64,000 bases of DNA from Pseudomonadota bacterium (lineage in GTDB: Bacteria; Myxococcota_A; Polyangia; Palsa-1104; JAEUJZ01), in NCBI GenBank assembly GCA_035328405.1, contig DAOLIT010000012.1:35-64034 (forward strand), in the 5' to 3' direction. How positions within the stretch are numbered: the first letter of the stretch is position 1; each line of letters opens with the position of its first letter. The position numbers and the translations under genes are program-made. The notes below the pieces were generated by a model. It searched no databases. It was given only the letters and a program-made list of their open reading frames with translations, and was not told the origin of the DNA. Of the stretch, positions 20,603-31,172 are shown piece after piece.

Positions 20603-22318
20603 ATGAACCCTAGCTTGGCTCGCTTCGTTGTGCGGCCCGCAGATCCACGCCGGGCTCGCCTTCTCGGCGAACGGTTGGGTTTGCGACAGTTGACCGCACA
20701 GCTTCTGATCAACCGTGGTTTGGCCGACGAACAAGAGGCCCGGCGTTTTCTCGACCCACGTCTTTCGGATTTGCGACCTCCCGAGGGTGCGCAGCCCATG
20801 GCCGGTTTTGCAATGGCCGTCGAACGACTGCGCCGCGCGGTGCTCGACCGTGAAACCGTCGGCGTTTTTGGCGATTACGACGTGGACGGCGTTACGACCT
20901 GCGCGCTGTTGACCGACTTTCTCAATCGTGCGGGTGCCACGGTGACACCGCGCGTCGCCCGGCGCGGAGACGGTTATGGTTTTGGAAAAGCCGACGCACA
21001 CGACCTGGCGCATTACGGCTGCGATCTCATTGTGACTGGCGATTGCGGCACGAGTGACCACGAAACTTTGGCGCTGTGCAAGCAAATGGGCATCGACGTG
21101 ATTGTTGTCGATCACCATCAAGTCCCCGAACGACCGCCACAAGCATTGGCCCTTCTCAATCCGCACCAACCCGGCTGCGCATTTCCATTCAAAGGTCTCG
21201 CTTCCGTCGGTGTTGCATTTTATTTGGCTGCGGCACTTCGCACTCGCCTGAAAGCCAGCGGTTGGCCGCACTTGCCCGATCTGCGCGAACTCTTGGACCT
21301 CGTTGCCATCGGCACCATTGCCGACTTGGCACCGCTCCTCGAGGAAAACCGCGTATTGGTTCATACCGGCTTGCGCGAGCTCAAGCGATGTTCTCGTCCC
21401 GGCTTGCGCGCGTTGTGTGAGTTGGTTGGCCTCGAGGAGGGTGCCACCACCTCCGGCGATGTCGCATTCCGTCTGGCCCCACGCCTGAACGCTCCCGGAC
21501 GCTTGGGCGACGCTACCGAAGCCCTGCTGCTCCTCATCGAAACCGACCAGCGCAAAGCGCGAAACCACGCCGAAAACTGCAACGAAATGAACAGCAAGCG
21601 CCAACTCGTCCAAGAAAGCGTGTTGAAAGAAGCGCGCAATTTGGTCGAAGAGCAGCTTCGTTCCGGCAGCCCCGAGGTGCTGGTCGTCGGAGCACCGGGC
21701 TGGCACCCGGGCGTCGTCGGCATCGTCGCCGCAAAACTGGTCGATCTCTACGATCGCCCCTCCGTCGTCATTGCCTTCGAGAACGAGGTTGGACGCGGTT
21801 CTGCTCGGTCCGCCCAAGGCTTTCATTTGTACAAAGGGCTACACAAAGCTGCGCCCTTGCTGCTTCGCTATGGTGGACATGCTGCGGCGGCTGGCCTTTC
21901 TGTTCATCAGGATAATTTGTCTGTTTTGCGAGAAACCTTGTGCGTTGCCTATCGACAACAATTGGGAGAACGACAAACCAGTCCACTGGTTCAAATCGAT
22001 GCCGTCGTCTCGCTAGACGAAATTGACGAACGACTTGCCCAAGAATTGTTGCTTCTCGAGCCATTCGGCATAGGAAACTCCGAGCCACTTTTGCTTATCA
22101 AAGAAGCTGAACTGGTCCGACATCGTGTTGTGGGAAGTGGGCATTTGCAGCTTACGCTGCGATCTGGCGGACTGCTTCGTGATGCGATTGGTTTCGGCTT
22201 AGGAAATCGCGCACAAGACATGAAGAGCGGAGGGAAGCTCAGCCTGACTTTTGTACCTCAGTTAGATAGCCACAGAGGAATAAGACGAGTCAGACTTCGT
22301 GTCCGAGAACTTTTCTAG
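20603..22318 (+). CDS. recJ: Single-stranded-DNA-specific exonuclease RecJ
   Basis: DHH motifs (GDYDVDG, DHH) and a DHHA1 region. ~570 aa. Confidence 0.9.
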   Translation: MNPSLARFVVRPADPRRARLLGERLGLRQLTAQLLINRGLADEQEARRFLDPRLSDLRPPEGAQPMAGFAMAVERLRRAVLDRETVGVFGDYDVDGVTTCALLTDFLNRAGATVTPRVARRGDGYGFGKADAHDLAHYGCDLIVTGDCGTSDHETLALCKQMGIDVIVVDHHQVPERPPQALALLNPHQPGCAFPFKGLASVGVAFYLAAALRTRLKASGWPHLPDLRELLDLVAIGTIADLAPLLEENRVLVHTGLRELKRCSRPGLRALCELVGLEEGATTSGDVAFRLAPRLNAPGRLGDATEALLLLIETDQRKARNHAENCNEMNSKRQLVQESVLKEARNLVEEQLRSGSPEVLVVGAPGWHPGVVGIVAAKLVDLYDRPSVVIAFENEVGRGSARSAQGFHLYKGLHKAAPLLLRYGGHAAAAGLSVHQDNLSVLRETLCVAYRQQLGERQTSPLVQIDAVVSLDEIDERLAQELLLLEPFGIGNSEPLLLIKEAELVRHRVVGSGHLQLTLRSGGLLRDAIGFGLGNRAQDMKSGGKLSLTFVPQLDSHRGIRRVRLRVRELF

Positions 22319-22368
22319 ACCACCAGTCCCTCTTTTCCAAAAGTACCGAACACTGAAACGTTCTGTGC

Positions 22369-22980
22369 TTACTTCGATGAACTGTAAGACGGTAACGACG
22401 TACACCGATCGAACCAGTTTTGCAGGGCTGGATAGATTGACATGTCGATCTGCATCATCTTGACATAATTGACCCATGATGCCAGATGCAAGTCTGCGAT
22501 CGTGAGACTGTTTCCCACCAGATATTGACGGTTTGTCAGGTGGTTGTTCAAGATTTGCATCATTTCTTGAACTTCCTCTTTTGCGCGCACGCCCGCTTTC
22601 TCGTTGCGTTCCTCGACAGGGGCCCACTCACCAATATTTCGCCCCAGCCGCGACATGGCCTCTCCAAGCGTCGCATTGGTCCACACAATCCACATCATCG
22701 CCTGGCCGCGTTCAATGCCTGGTGCCGGATAAAGCCCTCGCTGAACGCCAAATTGCTCACCCAAATACATTTGGATCGCTGCCGATTCAAAAATAGGCAC
22801 ACCATCATGAACCAGCAGCGGAACTTTCCCATTCGGGTTCAGCTTCAAAAACTCCGGCTTCTTGTTGTCTCCGGCTTGCAGATTCACCTCCACACGCTCG
22901 TATGGAATCTTCAATTCCTCCAGCGTCCAGTGTACCGGCGTCGCACTTGAATGGGCAGCATGGTAGAACGTAACACTCAT
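22369..22980 (-). CDS. Glutathione S-transferase
   Basis: N-terminal thioredoxin-like GST motif (KVPLL..DG..IFES.AI..YL) and a C-terminal GST domain. Confidence 0.8.
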   Translation of the reverse strand: MSVTFYHAAHSSATPVHWTLEELKIPYERVEVNLQAGDNKKPEFLKLNPNGKVPLLVHDGVPIFESAAIQMYLGEQFGVQRGLYPAPGIERGQAMMWIVWTNATLGEAMSRLGRNIGEWAPVEERNEKAGVRAKEEVQEMMQILNNHLTNRQYLVGNSLTIADLHLASWVNYVKMMQIDMSIYPALQNWFDRCTSLPSYSSSK

Positions 22981-23146
22981 TTCGATTCTCCTCGGAAAAC
23001 TATGTTTTTGATGTTCGCTCCCACAACCGAGAGCGCAGCGAAAATACTGATCAAAACTTCAGTGTTCAACAAAAAACCACCACATCCGCCCACACCCTCG
23101 GGTTGCGCCAATCCGCCTCCTCTCGTCCAGAAAATCAAGCTTCGGT

Positions 23147-24517
23147 TTAGGGACCAACAGCGACGGGGCAAATTCGAATGTGTGCCGAAGATTCAAGGGG
23201 CGGCGATTCGATGACCAGCACATCGCCGCGAGCAGAGTAGACGCAACCTGAACAGGACACCGTGTAGCCATGTGGATAAACCGCTCGCGGAACAAACAAT
23301 TCCGTCTCAACCGATATCGATTTTTCAGTCGTATATCTTGTGGAAAAACAACCACTTCGCTCATCGTACGAATAGGATAGACTGTCCCCTGATACGCGGA
23401 TTGGATATGGTCTTAAAAGAGCATCCAAGAGCGTTTTCTTCTCGATTCCGTCCTGTTCAAAAAGACCATATCCTGGCCCAAATGAAGCATCCCAATACAT
23501 CGATGCCGCTCCCACTTCTGCAACTGCATCATATTGAGCATCCATGTATTCAACGATACCGGGATGGTTTGCGATTCCACCGTATTCCCCAATCCACAAC
23601 GCGGCATTCATACGGCTCGCTTCCATGGCCAATTCCTGCACATTCATGAGCAGTGCTGCTCGACGACTGTCATCGAATCCCTTCCCCTGTTCTGCTAACG
23701 CATCATAATTGTGCGGCGCATAAACGATATTTTTGTAGTGCATCGAAGGCAAACTCGATGGCATACCAAGGTTCCGAGTCAGCGCAGGTTCAACAAATGC
23801 GATCCAATGTGGTGCCGCGCTTCGTACCTCTTCAATTACACGTTCATAGAAGGGCCATAGACGATCTGATTCAAATGTATGCGTATCTGCGGTCCCAGGA
23901 GAAGGTTCATTGATGATATCGAATCCAATGACATTTCTTCTCGCTGCAAATTTCTGGGCAACTCGCCCCCATGTCTTTGAGAAACTCGAAACAAGTTCCG
24001 GATCTGTCCATAATTTATCAAAACACGCCCGAACTGGCGGACTCAAGTATTCCAAAAACCACGGTTCGACCTTTTTATGTGCAGCATATTTTTCTTCATC
24101 ACAAACCCAGCGTGGAGCACCATTATGGCCGAATCCAACTCCGAACACATCTTGGTGCATATCGAAAACTACTAGAAGGCCAGCCTGCTCTGCCCACTCC
24201 ACTCGGCGTTCGACTTCATCCAAATAAGTTTCGTTGATTGTTCCTTTTGTTTTTTCCAAGGCAGCCCAACTCAACAGGAAACGAATGGAACGAAATCCAT
24301 ACGAGTATAGTCGCTGAAAATCAGACGGCTTGTGCGGACCTAAATAGGGACTTGTCTTGTGCTCAGAAGAAAGATTGATACCGCGCAATAGAGCAATCCG
24401 GTCATCTGGATCTCGAAGAAATCCTCCTTCGACATGCCAGGTACGCGCAGTTTGCACATCGCTGCAACCCATCAATCCAAATACAAGCCAGACAAAAAGC
24501 GAAACGCCGTGCCTCAT
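23147..24517 (-). CDS. Glycoside hydrolase family 5 (cellulase-like) lipoprotein
   Basis: NEP catalytic acid (IINEP) and GEYG nucleophile region. Lipoprotein signal MRHGVSLFVWLVFGLMGC. The ORF-track start at 24709 overlaps the upstream gene. Confidence 0.7.
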   Translation of the reverse strand: MRHGVSLFVWLVFGLMGCSDVQTARTWHVEGGFLRDPDDRIALLRGINLSSEHKTSPYLGPHKPSDFQRLYSYGFRSIRFLLSWAALEKTKGTINETYLDEVERRVEWAEQAGLLVVFDMHQDVFGVGFGHNGAPRWVCDEEKYAAHKKVEPWFLEYLSPPVRACFDKLWTDPELVSSFSKTWGRVAQKFAARRNVIGFDIINEPSPGTADTHTFESDRLWPFYERVIEEVRSAAPHWIAFVEPALTRNLGMPSSLPSMHYKNIVYAPHNYDALAEQGKGFDDSRRAALLMNVQELAMEASRMNAALWIGEYGGIANHPGIVEYMDAQYDAVAEVGAASMYWDASFGPGYGLFEQDGIEKKTLLDALLRPYPIRVSGDSLSYSYDERSGCFSTRYTTEKSISVETELFVPRAVYPHGYTVSCSGCVYSARGDVLVIESPPLESSAHIRICPVAVGP

Positions 24518-24578
24518 GAAATGAAGCACATAACATACTTCGCTCTTCGGTTGGGAAACAGCGAGGAAAGGAGCCAAC

Positions 24579-26423
24579 CTACCACTTGGTGAAACCGATT
24601 GGACCCATGACAGAGCTGGCGGATAGTGCCGGGGAGCCGGCAGCGAGGCTGTAGTCACATTGCGATGGATTTGCAAACTTGGGGTTTGCGGTGAAGTTGC
24701 CGGTGCCACAACTCATGTCTGCCCCGGAACCCAACAGGCTGTGATGCACGTCTCCGTCGCAGCTTGAAATGGAATAAGGCCACACGATGCTATCGACGAC
24801 GGCTTGAGGTGTCGCGATGGGCGACGGCGACAAAATCGTGCTGTTGTAAACCCGCGCCGTGCCGCGCACACCCGTGCCCGTGTCATACAAGAGCACATTT
24901 CGGAGCGTCGCCAAACCATCGGTCATGCTGATGCCTTTGTCGGCGGCGTTGTGGATGACGCTGTCCTCGATCGTGAAGGTGGAATTGGAATGGTCAATCG
25001 CGTCGTCGCCAATATCGACGATGAAGCTTCGTCGAATGATTTGTGTGGATCTAGCACCGTCGAGGTGGATGCCATCTCCGTCGTAGCGCAGGGGCGTATC
25101 CGGGCCACGGCCAATGCTGGTCCACCACGAATCCTCAATGACAAGTTTGTTGCCACTCGACAGGAACTCTGCGCCAATGCCAACGCGCGAAATCAGCGAG
25201 CGTCGAATTTCCGTCGCGCCCGTGCCTGGACTTTGAAACATCATTCCAGTGGCGTCGGTAAACACGCTGTCCTCGACGATCAGGTTGTGGGTGTTGGCGA
25301 TGTTGATAATGGGCGGTCGAGGATGGCTCACGATCGGCCCATTGCCCGCACCCGTGAGGACAACCCACCTCAGCGTCGAACTTCCGCTGCCCACAAGCGT
25401 GATTCCGCGCCATGAGTCTGGGTTTGACAGCGACGGACCACTGACAGTGTGGGTCATCGCTTTTTTTCCGCGCTCTGAAAAGAACATGATCGGCTTTTCA
25501 AGTGTTCCGACCGCATCGACTGTGCCGTTTACCGTCAGCAACGTGCCGTCTTCAAGTGTCCCAGTCGTGTCCACCATCACGAGCGTCCCCGGCAAAATTT
25601 TCAGCGTCGCGCCCGTCGGAACGACCGTGTTGTGCGCAGACAAACGAATGTTCTCGTCGGGGCCCCAAGTCAGATCTCCATCGCTCAACGTCGCTGGCAT
25701 CACCCGCCAAGTCGGATCGGCCAAGATCGTGAGCTTTTTCGTCGCCACCCGATCACCCACTCGGACCGTGATCACATGCTCTCCCGCCGGCACAGTGGAA
25801 CCACCGTCAAACGTCAGCGACACACTGCCAACGCCGTGGTAGAAGCGGACAGCCCCGACGGGATTCGGCAGATGATCATCAAATTCGACGACCGAAAACG
25901 GTATCGAGGCCCCGTCGGAAATGCGATTGATCGTCACAGTGCCGAACGTGTCGAAGCATCCATCTGTCACGATATTTCCCGTCGCTGGGTCGAGCAATTC
26001 GACCCTCAGCGTGAGTGGCTTGTCATTGGCTACTCGACGGGACACCGTCACGCGCAAATCCTGATCGATTTCGCAGCGTTCTCCGACGAAACCCGCTGCA
26101 CACGCACAGGAATACTGCCCGATCCCATCGACGCAAGTTCCCCCGTTTTCGCACGCATCCATCGGGCAATCGTCATGATTCGTTTCGCACAACGTCCCTT
26201 CAAAGCCAGCCGGACATTCACAACCAAACGCACTGCCGTCTGTGTGACAAGTGCCGCCGTTTTGGCAGGGCTGGTAAGAGCACGGATCTGCGTCAGGCGG
26301 CAGCTCAGATTGGGGCGGCAAAACGATGGGCTCGACTTGTCCCGCATCACAGCCCGAAATCAGGTTGAGCGATAGCAAGCACGCTGGAACAAAAAGGCTT
26401 CGCCTGGAAAAGACGCTCGACAT
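24579..26423 (-). CDS. Secreted lipoprotein with two tandem calcium-binding EGF-like domains followed by a right-handed parallel beta-helix domain
   Basis: Lipobox LISGC. DPCSYQPCQNGGTCHTDGSAFGCECPAGFEGTLCE and DDCPMDACENGGTCVDGIGQYSCACAAGFVGERCE. Downstream are repetitive G/T/S/N/D-rich segments typical of pectate-lyase-like beta-helices. GGAGG 7 nt upstream of ATG 26423. Confidence 0.7.
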   Translation of the reverse strand: MSSVFSRRSLFVPACLLSLNLISGCDAGQVEPIVLPPQSELPPDADPCSYQPCQNGGTCHTDGSAFGCECPAGFEGTLCETNHDDCPMDACENGGTCVDGIGQYSCACAAGFVGERCEIDQDLRVTVSRRVANDKPLTLRVELLDPATGNIVTDGCFDTFGTVTINRISDGASIPFSVVEFDDHLPNPVGAVRFYHGVGSVSLTFDGGSTVPAGEHVITVRVGDRVATKKLTILADPTWRVMPATLSDGDLTWGPDENIRLSAHNTVVPTGATLKILPGTLVMVDTTGTLEDGTLLTVNGTVDAVGTLEKPIMFFSERGKKAMTHTVSGPSLSNPDSWRGITLVGSGSSTLRWVVLTGAGNGPIVSHPRPPIINIANTHNLIVEDSVFTDATGMMFQSPGTGATEIRRSLISRVGIGAEFLSSGNKLVIEDSWWTSIGRGPDTPLRYDGDGIHLDGARSTQIIRRSFIVDIGDDAIDHSNSTFTIEDSVIHNAADKGISMTDGLATLRNVLLYDTGTGVRGTARVYNSTILSPSPIATPQAVVDSIVWPYSISSCDGDVHHSLLGSGADMSCGTGNFTANPKFANPSQCDYSLAAGSPALSASSVMGPIGFTKW

Positions 26424-26907
26424 GGTAAGACCTCCATAAGTACGTACAATGCGCTTCGATCTCATAGCCACACTACGATGTTTGAGAAACAAAAAACAGT
26501 CGTATAAAGAAGTTCTCTCGGTGAGAGCTACGAAAGAATTCTAAGACGATTCGCACGCAACTTTTTCCAAAAGGATGCGACTGATGCGTCCAAGCGTATT
26601 GAATCAAGAAGAGAATCATGTTTCCTTCAAAAAAATCAAATCATTCACAGACTTAGATCATCTCAGCCTGGCCAAGAAAATTCCTTTACTTGAATTTTTA
26701 CCAGACCTTGTAAAACACTCACGATTCTGTAATAATGAATTCTGTATTGACACCATATGGTGGGGTCTATTGGCATAAGGTCCTGGGGTTTGGAGTCACC
26801 AGGAAAAACAAAAACTGGAAAATCTATACAAACCAAACGAATCGTGAATCAAACCGTCTTTTGAATAGTTAAGATAGCCTTGCATTGAATTAAAGAGGGC
26901 ATCTCTC

Positions 26908-29022
26908 ATGCAGGAAAAGAAGATTAAGCAAATAGAGTTCAATGATTTCGCAGGGATATTCTTTGTTGGGTTTCTTTTGTTGCTGTGCTCAGCATGTGAG
27001 ACCAGTACATACATGAGCGTGGATGCCGGAGCCGCTGTGGATGAATCTCCGCCGTTGCCGCCTCCCGACAATGCACGCCTTTTGGTGTTGAGATCAGCGC
27101 GATGGCCAGGTGGCGGTCGTGAACTGTCGGTTGGCGTATTGGATCAAGCTACAGGCTTGCCCTTTTCACCGGATTTGTCGGAGAAATTGCAGGTCACTCC
27201 GACAGATGGATCGACCTTGAAGTCGAAAATCAGGCCAATGGTGTTGCCACCAGGTTATACGGCAATCCTATTGCCACCTCGTTTGACAAAATCGGAAAGA
27301 GTATCCCTTTCTCAAGCGATCGTGGATTTTGCAAACAAGAGGCCTTCTACCGAACGAATTGCGCTCTATCGACATGGAACTCAGGTGCAACTTTTTTCCA
27401 ATTTTCACTTGAACCGGCAAAGACTTAGCGAGGCACTCGATCGATATCAAAACGGCCCTGATGGAGACAACGATCCTCTTCCGCTCGTACAGGCCATTTC
27501 ACCTGTTGCCAGCGATGTAGAAGAAGTCGGCGGGCTGGGTCCAGATGTGATGCGCGCCGTCGTGGTGTTGACCAAAGAGCCAAAAACAGCCTTTGTGGAT
27601 TTTGAACACGTTTTCGCGATTGCGGTCAACCCGGACACACCAGGGCTGGGTTTGGCCTCCCAAACACTCGACGCCATGCGCCAAAAAGCGTTCTACAAAC
27701 TGGCTGTGTGTGGTGCCACAGACAAATTGGCGGCGAAATTGGAGGTAAGCGGAATGATCGGAATGCGCTCGACATCGCTTCCCTCGACGCTGCCTGAAGA
27801 AACAGCCTTGCCTTGCCTGATCGATGCAATCAGCCAGGGAAATCGATCGTTTACGCCTCGTATAGAACTCGTTTTTGATGACACACAGAGAGCAGCCTAT
27901 CAGGAACGAATCAAAGCAACACAATCTGCGACATGGAATGAAGCACTTGCAAAGAGCGATTTTCCAACGGGCGTTCGGATCGCACCAGGGCAACCCGTCC
28001 TGCAAGCTACAGCACATTTTCGTGGAAATGGATCAATCCGCTGCGACCGAAAAAGCATGGTGATTCAACTTGATGGTCCAGCACGGTATTTGTTGACAGA
28101 TTCAGCAGTTGATGAGTTCACGCTTATTTCGATGTGTGACGATTCTGCATATGTTTATGCGCCAACAGCATTCCGAGTCTTCTCAGAAGATCTATTTTCG
28201 CTGAAAATGCGGTTTGTTGAATTGGTAATTGACGGCTCTACGAGAGGCGTTTACATGCTCCTTGAGAAGCCTCGAGAAGAACTTGTCAGAGACAGCGCCC
28301 GGGTGTCTAGTGTATTGCGACGTGATTATCCGCAAAATGGGTCTGATTTTTTTGAGGTTGAGTATTCAGATACGGAGGATATCAACGCACCAGCAGTTCG
28401 TTATAGCCAATTTGCCTCTAAAATTGGGTCGCTGTCCGGTGATCAACTGATTGCAACAGCGAGGAATTACCTGGATCTTGACCAGTATTTAAGCTATCTC
28501 GCTCACCAATCCATCCTTCGATCTGGGGATTACATTGATGAATTGTATTTTTATGGAGCTGAGCAAGCAGATGGTTTGGGTGGGACAACTGAAGCATACA
28601 GAGTGATGGCGTGGGACCCCGAGGGCTATACAAATTGCCATTCGGGTGGCGCAAATGCATTTCCAGATGCAAACCAGCTCGCTTACTGCTCCGAGGCGAG
28701 ACTCGATTTCAAGCTGCTCGCCGATCAAAAGATCTATCGCCTTTTTGTGGACAAACTAGAAACCGCATTGAATACGACATTGGCCAGGCAGCGGTTTTCT
28801 GACAGTTTGAATCAATCCAAACTTGAACTACAAGCTTGGCTTTCCACTCCATCCATTTGTGCAGCAATGACAGAATTGCTAAAAATAAACCCGGGCGCAG
28901 CGGATTGTACCATAGCACAAAGCATCATCGCCTCTCGGGCGACCTCGTTGCTATCTTCGTATGATTCTCGGAGGTCAGCCCTTCTGTCACTGATTGCCAC
29001 CTATCGAAGCAAATACCCGTAA
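26908..29022 (+). CDS. Large lipoprotein with a probable CotH-like (atypical kinase) domain
   Basis: Lipoprotein signal FFVGFLLLLCSAC. Central segments VELVIDGSTRGVYMLLEKPREELV and YLDLDQYLSYLAHQSILRSGDYIDELYFY resemble CotH-family motifs. The family assignment is tentative. Confidence 0.5.
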   Translation: MQEKKIKQIEFNDFAGIFFVGFLLLLCSACETSTYMSVDAGAAVDESPPLPPPDNARLLVLRSARWPGGGRELSVGVLDQATGLPFSPDLSEKLQVTPTDGSTLKSKIRPMVLPPGYTAILLPPRLTKSERVSLSQAIVDFANKRPSTERIALYRHGTQVQLFSNFHLNRQRLSEALDRYQNGPDGDNDPLPLVQAISPVASDVEEVGGLGPDVMRAVVVLTKEPKTAFVDFEHVFAIAVNPDTPGLGLASQTLDAMRQKAFYKLAVCGATDKLAAKLEVSGMIGMRSTSLPSTLPEETALPCLIDAISQGNRSFTPRIELVFDDTQRAAYQERIKATQSATWNEALAKSDFPTGVRIAPGQPVLQATAHFRGNGSIRCDRKSMVIQLDGPARYLLTDSAVDEFTLISMCDDSAYVYAPTAFRVFSEDLFSLKMRFVELVIDGSTRGVYMLLEKPREELVRDSARVSSVLRRDYPQNGSDFFEVEYSDTEDINAPAVRYSQFASKIGSLSGDQLIATARNYLDLDQYLSYLAHQSILRSGDYIDELYFYGAEQADGLGGTTEAYRVMAWDPEGYTNCHSGGANAFPDANQLAYCSEARLDFKLLADQKIYRLFVDKLETALNTTLARQRFSDSLNQSKLELQAWLSTPSICAAMTELLKINPGAADCTIAQSIIASRATSLLSSYDSRRSALLSLIATYRSKYP

Positions 29023-29144
29023 AGGAAGAGCAGACGATACGCGCTTTCAGAAAGTCGCGGTCACATTCAACCGCCCCCACTCTGGAAAACCCGCTTCAAG
29101 AAACGAATTTGGGGAACGAATTTGGGGGACGGCTTTGCGACCTC

Positions 29145-31172
29145 TCATCGTTTGGGGGAGAGGCGAAGCTGGCAAACCGGTTTTCGACGAGCACTGCCGG
29201 CAGGCGGTTCCTGAGAAACCACGACGCCCGTTCCATTCATGTCGAGGCGATAGCCAGTTTGGCTCGCCAGTTCCAAAGCATCGAAGACTCCTCGACCAAC
29301 AAAATTCGGAACACGCAGAGAATCAGGGACTCCTGGGAAACGGACAGCAACAGGAACTGGGGGGCCGTAAGGCTCCTCTTGGGTGTCTGTTCTGGTAGGT
29401 ACAGACACAGCGGGGACGTTTCCTGATTTCTGCGGAGGAACTCCCAAATATGGCAGTGCCGCCGAGGCTATCTTTACAAAAACGGGCCCAGCGACTTCAG
29501 CTCCGTAGTGCCCCTTCTGTGGTTCGTCAATCATGACGAAAAGCAGAAACCGTGGGTCGTGAATAGGAGCAAAACCGACAAAAGAGGAGGCCCAAAATTC
29601 GGGTGAGTACCGATGCGTGCGGGGATCTACTTTCTGAGCAGTCCCGGTTTTTCCACCTGCGGGGTATCCGGGAAGGTCGAGCTTTTCCCCCGTGCCGTTC
29701 TTTTCCATGACCCCTCGGAGCAACTGACGCAGCACAGTAGCGGTGCTACTGGCCATCACGCGACGGCCTTCCGGGAGTCCTTCCAGCACTGTTTGTCCCG
29801 TCGCTGAAACGACTCGCCGAAGCACATGGGGCTTGTACAAAATACCGCCATTCGCAATCGCTGCCATCGCAACCGCAATCTGTACGGGAGTCGCGGTCAT
29901 CCCCTGACCAAAACTGATGTTGGCAAATGCCAGATCCCCCCACTCCGCAACTGGACGCACCTGGCCGCTCCGTTCACCAGGGAGATCGATTCCGGTCGGC
30001 GAAAAAAAGCCGAGATGGCGCAGAAAAAGAAACATCTTCTCTTTGCCCACACGTCGAGTGATTTTGCTCGTGCAAATGTTCGACGAACGCGCAATGACTT
30101 GGCTGGTGGTCAGGATTCCCTCAGCCTCTGCATCATGAATGGTTGCGTGACCCACTCGCCACTGCCCCCCTTCGCAATTCCATTCCTCATCCAAACGAAT
30201 CGCGGACGCCTCAATTGCCGCACCTACCGTGAAGGGTTTTATCGTCGAGCCAGGCTCAAACGCATCCGTCACCGCCCGATTCCGAACACCACGCTCGCGG
30301 GCACCAGATGGATCATTGGGATTCACCGCCGGAACCGACGCCATGGCCAATACCTCGCCGTTTCGCGGATCGAGCGCCACGGCCACGCCCGCTTTTGCGT
30401 GAGCAGCCAAAACACCGTCCTCCAACGCCCGTTCCAACTGAAACTGAATGAAGCGGTCGATGGTCAAGTACACGTCGTGCCCGCGATCGCGCAAAAGTTC
30501 TCCGGCACCTTCGACCAGGACTTTTCGGCCACGCGCATCCTGCCATCCCACAACGGAGGCTTTGCTACCACGCAAAAAGCGATCGTACGCAAGTTCCACA
30601 CCCTCGAGGCCAATCGCGTCCACGCCAGCCCAGCCAAGCAACGTCCCCGCCAAAGTCCGGCTCGGATAAAAGCGTTTGGGCTCGGGGCTCAGCCCGACGC
30701 CGGGCAGAGACAATTCGCGGACACGTCGTGCCTCATCGGGAAAAATCCGGCGTTTCAGCAACAGATATCGTTTGTCCGACTGCGCCTTACGCTGCAATTC
30801 AGCTGTTTCGACGCCCAGAATTTTTGCGAGACGCGACAGACCCGTCGTCCGACGCTCAGCGTCCGTCCATTCGGCTCGAAATTTCTGCGGTTCCAGATAC
30901 ACGGAATCCACATTCACGGACGCCGCCAGATCGCTCCCTCCGCGATCCAAAATTCGACCCCGATGCGGTGGCGTTTCCAGTTCGCGCAGATATTGCTCCT
31001 CGGCGAGGGAACGATACAGGTCGCGTTTTTGGACCTGCAACACATAGCTCCTCACAAGCAGCAGACCGAAGCAACACAGAAGCACGGCTGCAATCAGGAA
31101 AAGGCGCACATGCTGCCAGCGAGACGGCGACGCAGGCTCCACTGGTTTTACATCCGGTGTTTTCTGCGTCAT
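29145..31172 (-). CDS. ftsI: Peptidoglycan D,D-transpeptidase FtsI (PBP3) with a C-terminal PASTA-like domain
   Basis: STIKPF (SxxK), SSN and KTGTA motifs. N-terminal TM segment. ~90-aa C-terminal extension. Confidence 0.9.
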   Translation of the reverse strand: MTQKTPDVKPVEPASPSRWQHVRLFLIAAVLLCCFGLLLVRSYVLQVQKRDLYRSLAEEQYLRELETPPHRGRILDRGGSDLAASVNVDSVYLEPQKFRAEWTDAERRTTGLSRLAKILGVETAELQRKAQSDKRYLLLKRRIFPDEARRVRELSLPGVGLSPEPKRFYPSRTLAGTLLGWAGVDAIGLEGVELAYDRFLRGSKASVVGWQDARGRKVLVEGAGELLRDRGHDVYLTIDRFIQFQLERALEDGVLAAHAKAGVAVALDPRNGEVLAMASVPAVNPNDPSGARERGVRNRAVTDAFEPGSTIKPFTVGAAIEASAIRLDEEWNCEGGQWRVGHATIHDAEAEGILTTSQVIARSSNICTSKITRRVGKEKMFLFLRHLGFFSPTGIDLPGERSGQVRPVAEWGDLAFANISFGQGMTATPVQIAVAMAAIANGGILYKPHVLRRVVSATGQTVLEGLPEGRRVMASSTATVLRQLLRGVMEKNGTGEKLDLPGYPAGGKTGTAQKVDPRTHRYSPEFWASSFVGFAPIHDPRFLLFVMIDEPQKGHYGAEVAGPVFVKIASAALPYLGVPPQKSGNVPAVSVPTRTDTQEEPYGPPVPVAVRFPGVPDSLRVPNFVGRGVFDALELASQTGYRLDMNGTGVVVSQEPPAGSARRKPVCQLRLSPKR

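Noticed and set aside
20585-21826. 413-aa minus-strand ORF
   Set aside because: Antisense to recJ.
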